A DNA stretch of 64,000 nucleotides from Dipteris shenzhenensis (Eukaryota): assembly GCA_047967505.1 (NCBI GenBank), contig CM106538.1; one strand, given 5' to 3'. Of this stretch, positions 1 through 11,826 are shown piece by piece. A program made the translations under genes and the position numbers. The notes under the pieces were generated by a model that was not told where the DNA came from, did no database searches, and saw only the letters and a program-made list of their open reading frames with translations. The first letter of the stretch is position 1, and every line of letters starts with the position of its first letter.

Positions 1-1489
1 AAACTCTTCCATTGTCTAGTCTTCAAAACCTAAAATCTTGGGATCTTTGACACGTGTCAACATTGAGCCCCAATAGGACTTCGAGTCCCTCTTCCTCTCG
101 TAGTCCAAAAAGAACCTCTATGTCATGAAGGAATACGTACTCTTCTCGATTAATGATGAGGGGGGACAAGGACCATAAGTCTGCTTCTGGGTCAGCGGTC
201 TCTGATGCAGATTCTTACTCTACTCTTGCTGGGGGATCTTGAAGTAGGCTTAATGGTTGAGTTGCTTCCATCTCCTCTCTTGTAATGGATGCCATATCCC
301 CATGCAATGCTCACTCCCTCTACTGGAAAGCATGCCACCATCAAAGGGACTAGGACTATAGATTTTGGACCCATGATGCCCAATCCTCTCTGAGCACCCC
401 CTCAGGTGGTTGCCTCTAGATCTTAGCTATTACCACCACTAAACCACCGCCTCCTGTAAGAGATCTTCTAGAATGCGGACCCCTTTTTAGAGGATTCCCA
501 AGAAGGCTGCTCTAGGTGGAGTACAATCGGGGAGTGATTTGACATAGTGGTGCCTACTAAGATTCTTGTGGAGCCTCCCTTGTGCAACTCACAATCCTCA
601 ACATAAAAGTTGTTGAGGCACTCCAACAAGCCATCATGTCTCCTCTGTCCAAAAGAAAATTCAAGGCTGCTAGGAAGCCTAGTAAATTATGCCTCCCTCT
701 AGAGGTCTCTGCCACAACTGATCATAAAAACAAACTGCTCCCAAGTGCTCCTCTCTACTGCCTGCATCTCAGCAAATGGGCCTTGCTATCTCAATTACCC
801 AATATCATTATGATTGATTGATGGTACTTGTCCTCTCTCATTCCACGGGGCTCACACAAAACTAGTAGTCATAGAGTAAGGACTTTAGATTCATGGTCAA
901 GACTCTCTTCCGTGTACATGTCAGAGTCTAGTCTAGGAACAAGGATATAACAGTTCTACTAGAGGGGGTGCTGGACGATGAGGCTTCTTCCTCTAAATTT
1001 CCTTCTTGAAGAAAGATGAATGTCATCTCCCATGAAAGGAATTTAGTGCACATATTTCCATGATCCCCACTTCTAGGATGTCTTTCACTTCTATCATCCT
1101 AAACCTTTCTCTATAAGATTATCACAAAAGCAGGCCAAGCGCTTTACAAACTTGGGTTTGTCTAGGAATAGATACTTGATGTAATCTATCCGAACCCATC
1201 TCTTTGAAGAGTCAAGTGTATATGCAAAATAATGGAATGACTTTGAATTGGGCATGCCAAAAGTGTGATAGCCTTATCAGGTTTGGATTTGGGTTGCTCG
1301 TCTTCAAGATGGTGTATCCCAATGAACTATTTCATCCCTTTTTATATAGGTTCCTCTAATCTACATCAACTTTTTGATAGTATTTGTAATTGCCCTTTCA
1401 AGCTTATTTTTGGGCAAGAATATTCTCGACATCATATAATGATGTAAGTATTAGCATAGTATATGTCTTAGAAATTGTAATAAAAGGCA

Positions 1490-1650
1490 CCATGTACGTT
1501 TGTGTGTGAGTGTGTGTGCATGATCCATACATGACACGTGTAAGCATGTGTGTGTGTGTGTGTGTATCCATGTGTGCATGCATGTGCATGCGACACACGC
1601 ATGTGCAGGCACGTCCATGTGTATTCGTATATGCATGTGCATGTGCATGT
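1490..1650. repeat. Compound (TG)n/(CATG)-rich alternating purine-pyrimidine microsatellite
   Basis: Runs of tgtgtgtg and gcatgcatgtgcatg; the His/Thr/Met-rich ORFs here are artefacts of the repeat. Confidence 0.85.
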
Positions 1651-2839
1651 CTCTCTAATTTAATTTTGACTTTGATAACAAGTAGCTAGGACACCTACTC
1701 GTCGACACATGACTACACCTATCTTCTCATCATGGACGAACTTATTATTGTTAGTGTTCAAATCTTAGAAATTCACTCCCAAAAACTAGGCGCTAGTATT
1801 TCAAAAAAGAAAAGGTATCTATGTGCATCCAATAGGTATCTAAAACTAATTGATACAAGGTCATATCAAATACTCATTGGAAAAGTAACACAACCATAGG
1901 TATTTTGTAAAATCAATTTCTTTATTTTCAAAACAAAATTATGTCCCAAAAAAAAAAAAAAGCTCAAACTGAAACTTTACTCAAAAGCAAGGACCTAAAA
2001 CCTTCCAACATCCAACACAAATAGTGATAAGTTAGAGGGAGTTCAATACTATTGTGTGGACTACATGCACTACCCATTGCTTGGACCCTCAACATAGAAG
2101 ATATTGGGAAGCTCCCTGTCTCACGGGCGTCCGTAGCCCGTGGACATACACTATAAGACATGGACCACTTTCCGACACGGATACTGATGCTAAGTACAAA
2201 TATTAAAAAAAAAAAAACAAGTCAAAAGTGTCGGAGTGCTCGTCGGTGTACGTGTCGCAATGGATGCATCGTTAATTGAGTCTTTCTAGTATCAGTATTA
2301 GTATCAATATCAGCATCAATATCTATCGATACTGTAACCATCGGTATATACCGACACTTTTACAAAATACTTTAAAAAAATTATAGGGCAAGATGGGGCT
2401 TATTTTAGCCCCATTCAGCCCCACAACTCTTTTTTCATTAGAATGGTAGTATAACATGTTACAAAAGGTGGTAATACATCAAAAGAAGATAAGAGAGAAG
2501 TAATGGTCTAGCTCTATGGGACTCATGGATGCAGAAAAATCTTGAGGACTCGTGAAGCCATGGGATTTTAGTAAAGGAGTCTACTGAGGGGTAGTTTGCT
2601 GAGGAGCCGGCTTAGTGGAATTAAAGTCTTATGGATTGTAGACTCCATGCATTCTCCTCCTACGAGGAGTCAACTGATCATGGGGAGTTTGCTCTTCGGA
2701 CGTGCAACGTGATGACATGGCTAATTTAATGGGATTGAACAAACTATGTGGACACAAACACAAACAATAAAACCAAATAAGAAGAAAAAAAAACTTATAT
2801 GCAAGACAAAATAAAATGAATAAATAAATAATAATTTTT

Positions 2840-3510
2840 TGAAAAAAGAGAGGAATGGCAAAAAAGTGGAGAGGAATGGTGAAAATAGAGAAACTAGAAA
2901 GAAAGGATAGGTGGAGAAAAGGTGGAAAAGTGGAAAGACGAAAAAGCGTTAAGTAGAAAAGTGGAAAGACAAAAAAGTGGAAAAGCCAGAAAAGAGGAAA
3001 GGCCAAAAAGGAGAAATGTGGAAAGGCAGAAAATTGAAAAAGCGGAAAGACAAAAAAGGGGAAAGACAAAAAAGTGGAAAGGCGAAAAAGTGGAAAGATG
3101 GAAAAGAGGAAAGGCGAAAAAGTAGACATGCAAAAAGTTGGAAAAGCGAAAAAGCAGAGCGGAGATGCAAAAAGAGGCCTATGAGGATGTGCAAAAAAGC
3201 AAAAAAGCAGAGATTTGGAAAGACAGAAACGTGGAAAAGACGGAGTTGCAAAAACACGGCAAAGCAGAGCCACAAAATGCAAAAAGACATGAACAGGGAA
3301 AGGAAGAGTAGAGATGCGAAAAGACGGCTAAGAGGAAGTGTGAAAAAATGAAAAAGTGAGTCGAGAGAAAGAGAGGAGAGAGAGAGGGAGGGAGAGCCAA
3401 AAGAGAGGAAAAGAGGAGAGGAAGGGAGCCGAAAGAAGAGAAACAAGAAGAGAGGAATAAAAGGAATAAGAAGAGAGAATGAAAGAGAGAAAGAATGAGA
3501 GGGAGAAAGA
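2840..3510. repeat. Purine-rich degenerate minisatellite (gaaaaagtggaaagac-like units) grading into GA-rich low complexity
   Basis: Repeated aaaagtggaaa/ggaaagac motifs; the + strand is almost entirely A/G. Confidence 0.75.
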
Positions 3511-3875
3511 TGTGAAGAGGGAGGGAGAGAAGGAAGGAGTCTCACTTGCAGCTTTCTCACATACACAATGGGGGAATATACACAAAGGTGGAGGCTGAAA
3601 ACAGTTTTCCTCTTCTTAGTTGTGAAAGCCAAAAGAACTCTCAGCACAAAAGAATAGGTGAACCCTATATGTGGGCCTCAAACCAAACTCATCTAACTAA
3701 AGTGGCATACTAACTGAGCCACTAACCAAAGTACATAAAGATAGCTGTCATCCAGGTATTATTCATGGGCGGTATAGCAACTGCATCTGCAGCTAACAAG
3801 CTGGTGACATAAATGCACAACAGTCACCCTGGCATATCACGAGTGGAGCTTGATATCTCAACACTCCCCCTCGAG
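3511..3875 (-). mobile_element. Truncated Copia family A: 3' LTR (3511-3863) with adjacent polypurine tract
   Basis: Reverse complement of the LTRs at 55399-55750 and 60507-60858 (TG..CA ends); ctccccctcgag at 3864-3875 is the reverse complement of the PPT region ctcgagggggag at 60495-60506. Confidence 0.9.
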
Positions 3876-6800
3876 TGCACCTCTCTTGCCTACTCCTTGA
3901 AACTCATATGGCTACTTCCTACAGGCTAGCTGCTCGTACTCTTCCCCTCCATTGTACATACGGGTTGGCTGCTTGCATTCTCCCCTTCGATCGTGATTGC
4001 TACGTTGGCTCCACTCTTCTCCCACCTATCTATATGACCCCCCTCATGTTTCTTCTTTCCTGCTTTTCGCTTATCTTCTTTGAAATGTGTGGATTGCTTC
4101 ATTGGTCGTTTTGGCTACTTGCTGGTGTATAATATGCGTGCTACTCTTACTAGGTCGTAAACGATGGCTGCAGTGCTATAGCTTGATGTGGGTAGGATCC
4201 CTTGGTTGTGCTTCTTCTCATGGTTGAGGCTCCTTACCCATGGTTCACGGCTTCATTTGCCTGCTGCAGCTACTGCGTATGCTTGCTTGCTTGCTACCCC
4301 CTGCATGCGCTTCGGTCTGCTAGGTCCTCTGTCAGTTCGTAAGTCTTGTGTCCTTGCCTCCAGTCCGCTTGAGTGCTCGCACAATGGCTTCACCCTCCCT
4401 TCACTCTGCAAAGTAGTATGTCGCAGTCGTGCACTTGGTTTACTTGGTCATATTATGTTGATGATTATGTTTTGTGTTATTACGTTGACTTAGATGTGTA
4501 GTTTAGGTTATCTAAGTATATGTTGGTTATGGTTTGTTTGTTGGTAATGTTTAGGGTAGTTATAGCACTAAGTGTTATACTTAGTTGTATTAGGGAGGTT
4601 CTCTAAAGCTCTTTGTAGCATATGGTTTGATGGCATTTAGTCTTATAGGCTAGATGTGTTGAAGCTATAAACATCATATGGTTCGGTTGCTATAAGAGTG
4701 AAATTATAATTTTGGCTTTCATACATGCTACTTTGTTACCTATAGTAGGTGCATAGGCTTTAATCATAGCCTTCTTTCTTTCATGTAGTTGAGTCCATAC
4801 GAAAATTCTTTTCCTTTAAGTTTGTGCAATTGTGATGCACTTATCAAGTTTTTGGATTTATCTTATTACCATGGCATCACGCTTATCCCTTGTAGACAAA
4901 GGATAGTGTTCTATGTTTTTTCGTGTAGTGAGACTATGGTTACTTGGGGACTCTTAGGTAGTTTGTGTTGCTGTCGCCTAGTGGCCCTTTTATACTGATA
5001 AGTGTACATCTCTTTTTAGGACACAACTGGCACTTATACATATCGAAAGACGGCCCATATGTCTATTAACCGGGATCTTGCCACTATTGCCTTCATTAAT
5101 AAAAAATTGGAAGAGGGTAGAAAATTGGAAGAAGCTAGCAAAGACGAATTGAATATGCATCATGCTTATACAAATACTAGAACACGACCCTATCTCCCTC
5201 GAAAATCCAAAAATATGAGAAATTACGGCTCCACTAGTCTTGGCCTAACTTGGGATTGTCTCTTCCATGAGCCAATAAGACACCCTTTTGGTATACCTAG
5301 TGTGTAGCATCCCTCAGTGCAACTTGCACTTTTTTAATGAAAAATTCTCTTTGGATTTGCAAGTTGCATATGCTGCTTATATAGATACCTAATTCTGATT
5401 TGAGGTTTTTATCAGTTCCTAACATAGTGACATAGTCAATTGGTTCATGCCTCCTCTATGGAAGGTTAGATGAATGTATTTTAATACTTTTTTACTTTTT
5501 ATTGTCCTTTATTTTGGTTGTTAATAGCTAATGTTGCCACCTCCATGGATGGCTAGGTCTTTGCTTAATTTGATACAATTAATTTTTTTCATGCCTCCTA
5601 TATGGAAGGCTAGATGATTGTATGTTAAAGGCTTGTTTTCACGCACATTTTTATAGTTACATGTACTAAAGTCTTCCCTATAGACACACTTTTTCACACA
5701 CTCACTTCCACATGTAAACTCCTTTTATAAAACCCCCCTCAACTTTACCCCCTAACTAACCCTCAACCCCTTCTTTCACCCCCACCTTCTCACCATCCTT
5801 CACTTGTAACCTAACTATTGTCTTCATAATTCCCAACTACCCCCAATCCCCCACTCAACTACCCCTAATCTAACTACCACTAACCTTTCCCTCTTTATTG
5901 AGTATGGACATTTTTTTCCCATACAACCCCCTAATCCCCTGCTTAATTACCCATAACCTAAATACCTGTGACAAACCCCTAATCCCCCACGTAATTACCC
6001 TTAACATAATTGCCTCTAAACTTTCCCTTGTACTCCCAAGTGCTCCTTCTAGCCATTTCAACTAACACCTCTACCCACTACTCTTTCAAACTCCCCTACC
6101 ACCTTTGCCCACTTTTCTTCTAAACTACCCATGTTTGTTCTTGAAGTTTACATTTTTTTTGCTTTCACTTCCGTTTATAACTACTTCCCCTTGGTTTCTC
6201 TAGAGCTTCCACCTTGTTCCCTTGTCATGGAATTCCTTCCAAGGTGGTTTTTCTTCTTTTGATGCAGAGCATGGAACTGCCTATCATGCTTCACGACACC
6301 TCTTTCCATCATGGTAGCTTTTTTGTTCCCTTCTTCGCCTTACATGATCACTTTGCTCCTTTAGCCCTCAGCGACTCCCAATAGAGCTTGCTTTCTTTGC
6401 ACTCTATCCATGATCTCGTGAATACCCACAACTTTCTTCCATTGTGCTTCTCAGGTCTTCTTCTTGGGATTAGTCAATTCCAAGCAAACTTCCCCTACCT
6501 AGCTTTTGCGCAGAGTATAGTCCCGCTTGCACTAAGCTTCGCCACCTCGCGTATTCCACCTTTGATGGCCTCAGATCGTTCTTGTTGCTTCAGTCTTGGG
6601 AGCTCCCACAACAATTCTCCGCTCCTACTCCTTGCCTTAGTTGAGTCCCTCAGAGCTCACTTGCTCTCTCTTTTCGTGCTCAAGAGCTTAGCTCTCTTTC
6701 ATGGTAGTCTCTACTCCGAACATTGAAATCCCTTACCTCATGCCTCTTATGATTACATGCTTTTAGCCACCTCTTGTCTTCTCTTTGTCTTGTCTGAGTT

Positions 6801-8674
6801 CTCTTGCGAAGCTTTTTACACTGTTTGTAGGCACACTGGCTAATTCTCAGCGTCTCACTGCTCAACTCCCGTCAAGTGCTTGCTAATACTCTGTTTGTAT
6901 AACACCGGCTCCCTCTCAATTTGCTTGCATAGGATTTCGGACTGTTACCTTCAGGATAAGCCAACCTAGACCCTTCAACTTGATGAGCTGCTTGTTTAGG
7001 TGTCGTGCTGCTTGCTCAGATGGCTGTTTTTGTACTCGGTTAAGACCACACACCCATTGATTGCTTGTGCTCAAGAAAAACAACCTCTTCATTCCCTCGC
7101 TCTCTTTAGTGGTGTCAGTCTTAAGTTTGCTTGGTTTCACGAGCTACATGGCGGTGTCTTTGTCACCTCTTCCTTCAGTCTTCATTGCCTTCGAGTTCAG
7201 GTGGCCTCCCTTGTTGTCATTCTATTGCATGGGTGCTAACATGTTTCTCGCTTCTATCTACACAACTTGCACTTCCATCTACAGTATTATGGGACCTTTT
7301 TTTAAATTAAAAGAGTTTGTCTTCATTTGTGTATCCCCTTTTTCTAATTGGTCTTCATTTCTGCTCGCTTAGGAGTTGATTCAGTTATCCCTTTTAATTT
7401 CTATCAATTCAATTATTTATTAAAATATATTCATATAATTATTTCCTTATAATTGCTTTAGTTCCAATATTATTACTATTCCTAATTGTAACATATAATG
7501 GGCCTTGGCTATCACCTTGTCAATTTTCATGTTACAGCTTGCTTAAGCAATTTATAAGTCATCTAAGTAATGCTTTTAATTTTTTCTTAAGTCTTAAAAA
7601 GCTCTCTTGTGTAGGAAGATCATTTAGCTTTGGCTTCTTGTTATGCTTTTGTTTAGCATGATTGTGAATTTTGAATGCTTCATAGGCTTCGGATAGTAAG
7701 GCAAGTAAAGCCTTTAAGCCCTCAAATTTTTCCCAACTTGCTAATTTATTGTCCTTAATCCTGGGTGTGGACTATCCCCCACGATTATTTAATGTATTTT
7801 ATTTTTTCCTTATCTATTTTTTGTATTGAAACAAATAATTATATAATTTCCTCAAGAGTGTGGAGTACTAGTTCCTTCTCTCATTATTCAAGCTTTTATT
7901 CTTTAACCCCAAAATTTTAAGAAAATATAAACCCCCTTGCTTTTTCAAAACTTATGTCAGCGCGTAACATTCCCCCATTTGATTGTTTTCTTGTAAGGGT
8001 CTCGACTACCCCCCTTATTGTCTCACACACTTTAGTCACGGATGATTTCCTTTCATGCTAGATTTGTGACACTAATTGTACATATGGCATGGTATTTTCA
8101 AAAAATTACTTGTGAATCTTGACGGATGTCTATGTTCCTAGGTGAAGCAATAACATACCAGGAAATACATGCATTACCTGTGTACCCAATTGAGACTATG
8201 ATGTTCTAACACATAGTTTTTCTTGGATGGTGGCAGGTAAGTGGACCCTGACCTCAGAGCTTGGACTATCTAATGGATTCAACATTTTTGTACTAATTCT
8301 AGTCAGCAAACTAAATAAAAATTCTTTTGCCAGCTCGCCTATTTTCTTTTTTATAAAAGTTTTGGATTGTAATATTGTCAAAAGGAACTTCAATTTAGTT
8401 TTATTTATATTTTCTAACTAGTGCTTTTTTGTCCAAATGATTGAGTTAATTGTATGGTTCATTTATTGATGGGATTATTAAATCTAAACACACACACAGA
8501 TCTCCCAACTAGCCTTTGGTCGGGCTAGTACCATACAATTAATTCATTATCGTTGGATAATTTTAAGCATGTTAAATCTTTGTCTTTATAAAAATTATGT
8601 TGCCAATCCTCCATTTTTATTTTTTAAATAAAAGTTTTGGATTGCAATATTGTTAAAGGGTACTTCAATTTAAT

Positions 8675-8755
8675 GTGTGCATGCATGCGCACACACACAC
8701 GCACACACACACACACACGTGTGCATGTGCACACATACACACATGCATGCATGCA
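8675..8755. repeat. (CA)n/(TGCA) microsatellite
   Basis: cacacacac and gcatgcat runs. Confidence 0.85.
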
Positions 8756-9248
8756 TGGAGGAAAACACTAATAGACATAATCATGCTCAAGCTTTACACA
8801 ATAAGATCAAATGGTCCTATCATTGATTTAATAGAATTTGAGATTAATAAAAGACTAATAATAGTAAGAGCTTATGTTTCTTTAAATTGGTAACCATTCC
8901 TTGAGTTACTATTAACGAAAATGCATTCCTTGAGTTACTGTTAATAAAAATCCATTCAATGGTAACTGTTAGCCGATTGGTTAACAATATGCCACCGCTG
9001 GTTAGTGATGTGATTTGATGGACAATGGCAAGTTCATAGAGCTAGGATTGTGCCTTAGAGCTAGATGGGCCCAAGAGGATGGTAAAAGAATGAGAAGGGA
9101 GAGTGGTATAAAGAGATTAGGGTTGGCCCTCCCTTTGAAAGGTGACATGTATAAAAGGCCAAATGGTTTACTTTGGTCTTCATTGTTGTATGCACAAGTT
9201 TGGAATACAAGCTTCCTCTTCTCTTCCAAGAGTGTTTTTGGGTGTTCT

Positions 9249-9388
9249 CTTGTTTCCTTTGTGGTGCCTTTGTGTTTTCCACTCCATCCCCCTTCACTCT
9301 CTCCTTCCCTCCTCCTTTTTCTTCTTGTTTTCCTTTGTGGTGCCTTTGTGTTTTCCACTCCATCCCCCTTCACTCTCTCCTTCCCTCA
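9249..9388. repeat. Tandem direct duplication, ~77-bp period
   Basis: tttcctttgtggtgcctttgtgttttccactccatcccccttcactctctccttccctc occurs twice. Confidence 0.9.
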
Positions 9389-10012
9389 TCCTTCTACCTC
9401 CTCTCTCCCCTTCTCCCTCTCTTCTCCCATCTCCCCTCTCCCCCTTCCCTCTTTCTCTCATGGAAACACATTACAACAATCGGAGAGCCGCTTGAGTGAC
9501 ACATGCGGATGTTGCATTGCTCTCACAAGGAGTAGCTTGGGGTGGAGGCTCCATCAACATTCCTTCAAGATCCCCACGATACGTGAGTCACCGTTGAGAC
9601 TACACAGTAACTGTATTTGAGATAGCAAGTCACAACTATACCTCCTCATTACGTAGTTGCAATTGAAAGCTTATCTTTTTTTAAGAGGTATTTATTCCTT
9701 GAGTTATGTTAAGAAAAAACCCCATTCCATACTAACCACAATTTAGTGCTTTATGGTCACAAGTGTAAGCACCTAATGGTGGGAAGTGCCTTTGATTATA
9801 TACCCCAAGTGACATGGTGAATTACTCCTTAAAGGTTTTAACATAATCCTAGCTTGTTAGATTGTATATGTGCTAGTTCCTTAATGTTATTACCATTTTC
9901 AATGTGATTCGAGGAGCATGTGAGGTTGAGAGCCTTCTAAGCTGATATGGTAGATTTGGAGGGGATAAGAATGTTTGGATACTCCCTCTTTAAATAGTCA
10001 ATAAATCAATTC

Positions 10013-10034
10013 TGTGTGTGTGTGTGTGTGTGTG

Positions 10035-10078
<44 letters not shown>

Positions 10079-10278
10079 GTGTTTGAACTAAAAGCAATGC
10101 TAATGCTTAGGTGAGATCCAATTTGAAAATTCTTTCAAACATTTCTAAATAAAATATGGAAATTTATTCAAGGAAACCTAGGATGCCAACCGCCTCCCTC
10201 TTACCTTGTTGTAGACGGCAGGTCATGCTACTTGTGTGTATAGTTTGAACTAGTTGTATGCTACATGTGTGTGCATGC

Positions 10279-10333
<55 letters not shown>
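10013..10333. repeat. Two compound (TG)n(GA)n microsatellites
   Basis: Pure dinucleotide runs at 10013-10076 and about 10280-10333. Confidence 0.9.
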
Positions 10334-10337
<4 letters not shown>

Positions 10338-10839
10338 GATGGCTCTTGTACATGGTCTTTTGGCCCTGCAAGGGGCCTATGGAATGGGCATGGTTTTGTG
10401 TAGATGATGGTTTTCCTTTGAGAAAAGTCATGTTGACTTGGTTAGGCTGCTATTAAGTGTAATTGTAGTGGTAATTGTAGTTAGTTGGAACTTTAGGTTT
10501 AGATTGTGGTATCCCATGCAACATAACTTCTCTTTCCTTTTGTAGGGCCTAGTGGCATTACCACCTTGTTTAAAGAGAGGATTTTGTATGTTTGGTGGTA
10601 TAGGTGCAGATGGATCTACCTACTAGGCTATTAATTTAGTACATTTGGTTTGAGGGGTTCTCTATAGGTTTCCGTGTTTGACCTTTCATAGCCTATGAGG
10701 AACCATTTTTCTAGCTAGAGAGTATGTCTTTGGTAGAAAAAAAAGCCTCTCAGGCTTGGCATGGATAAGTAAATGGCTTGAGGGGAGACTTTAACAAGAG
10801 AGTATTGGTGATCGTGCAGGAGGTAATCCATTGGTTGAG

Positions 10840-10917
10840 GGGTGTAGGAAGCCAATGGATGACCTAAGGAAAGCCAGCGGGTGTAGGAAGCCAATGGATG
10901 ACCTAAGGAAAGCCAGC
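10840..10917. repeat. Perfect 39-bp tandem duplication
   Basis: gggtgtaggaagccaatggatgacctaaggaaagccagc starts at 10840 and again at 10879. Confidence 0.95.
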
Positions 10918-11197
10918 CATTAACAGGTAGACTAGAACTGTGTAGCATGGACATGATTGGCGAGGCATATTTTGGCTTGATGTTGACGTGTTGCTGAGAG
11001 ATTGTTCCCTCCTACAAGAAACCTACGAGACGACGGGCATGTAATGAAAATAATACACTATTTAGGTTTTGTTGTTGGGGGGCATAGTTTAATTCTTGCG
11101 TGGGAACTGGGAGGCAGCTTTTCAAAATGGACTTTTAGCTAAATTAAAGACTAATTAAGCAATTTTTGAAATGCTTCGGATAAGGGCGGCGCCGGCG

Positions 11198-11370
11198 GAC
11201 ACGTGCCGGGGCGTTTGCTGAGCTGGAGGCGACGGCCGTCCGTACTAGGGGGACACGTGCGAGGCGCACAATCATCACCGTGGCGGGACGCGTGGACGAG
11301 GGCAATTGGGCCAGGTGGACGAATGGGGAGGAAGGGATCCAAGGAGAAGTTCAGGGATCGGACACGTGGG
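11198..11370 (+). promoter_or_regulatory. ABRE/G-box plus CE3-like cluster (ABA-responsive complex) upstream of the AITR-like gene
   Basis: GACACGTGCC 11198, GACACGTGCG 11252, GACGCGTGGA 11287 (CE3-like), GACACGTGGG 11361, all in a GC-rich segment 450-630 bp before the ATG. Confidence 0.75.
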
Positions 11371-11629
11371 ATGAAGTACGGCCGAGAGGTGGTGGCAAGC
11401 GAAGTGGGTGAGGTGGCAAAACCTTGGGTTTAGATATAGGAACTTGGAAGGCTTTTTCCTTAACGATGGTAAGGTACGAACTTCGTCTTCTCCAATCAGC
11501 CTTTTCGTTCTCTGTGCAAAGCTCGTAAGCGCCGCCATAGCTCAGCAGCTCTTCTTCTTCTTCGTCTTCGCATCTCAGTTTCAAGCTTTCATAGCTCAGA
11601 TCCCTCTTTTTTTATCTTCTTCTCTGTCT

Positions 11630-11766
11630 ATGGCGCCTTCTTCTTTGTAACAATACCTATGGATTCTACCTCCATACATCTTCTTGCGCTTAAGCATCCA
11701 TGGCTTCTTTCCTCCAAGCATTGTATCTCTAGCTTCCTCCTCTTCCTTTCCCTCGCAAACCTCTGA
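11630..11766 (+). promoter_or_regulatory. Three upstream ORFs in a pyrimidine-rich putative 5' leader
   Basis: 11630-11650 MAPSSL*; 11659-11766, 35 aa, MDSTSIHLLALKHPWLLSSKHCISSFLLFLSLANL*; 11700-11732 MASFLQALYL*. The transcription start site is unknown. Confidence 0.45.
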
Positions 11767-11826
11767 TATCTTGCTGCATCTCGTATCCATTCTCCACCCC
11801 CGTTCGCCTCCTCTTCCAACTTTCCC

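Noticed and set aside
1-1400. Possible LINE ORF1 remnant on the minus strand (WVRIDY)
   Set aside because: One short motif with no supporting zinc knuckle or open frame
2629-3647. Long Phe/Leu- or Lys/Arg-rich ORFs (up to 232 aa)
   Set aside because: By-products of the purine minisatellite and LTR; low complexity, no domain
5700-6130. Telomere-like ccctaa motifs
   Set aside because: Scattered in C-rich sequence; no tandem CCCTAAA array
9015-9620. 201-aa ORF
   Set aside because: Built on the 77-bp duplication and CT-rich low complexity; no domain
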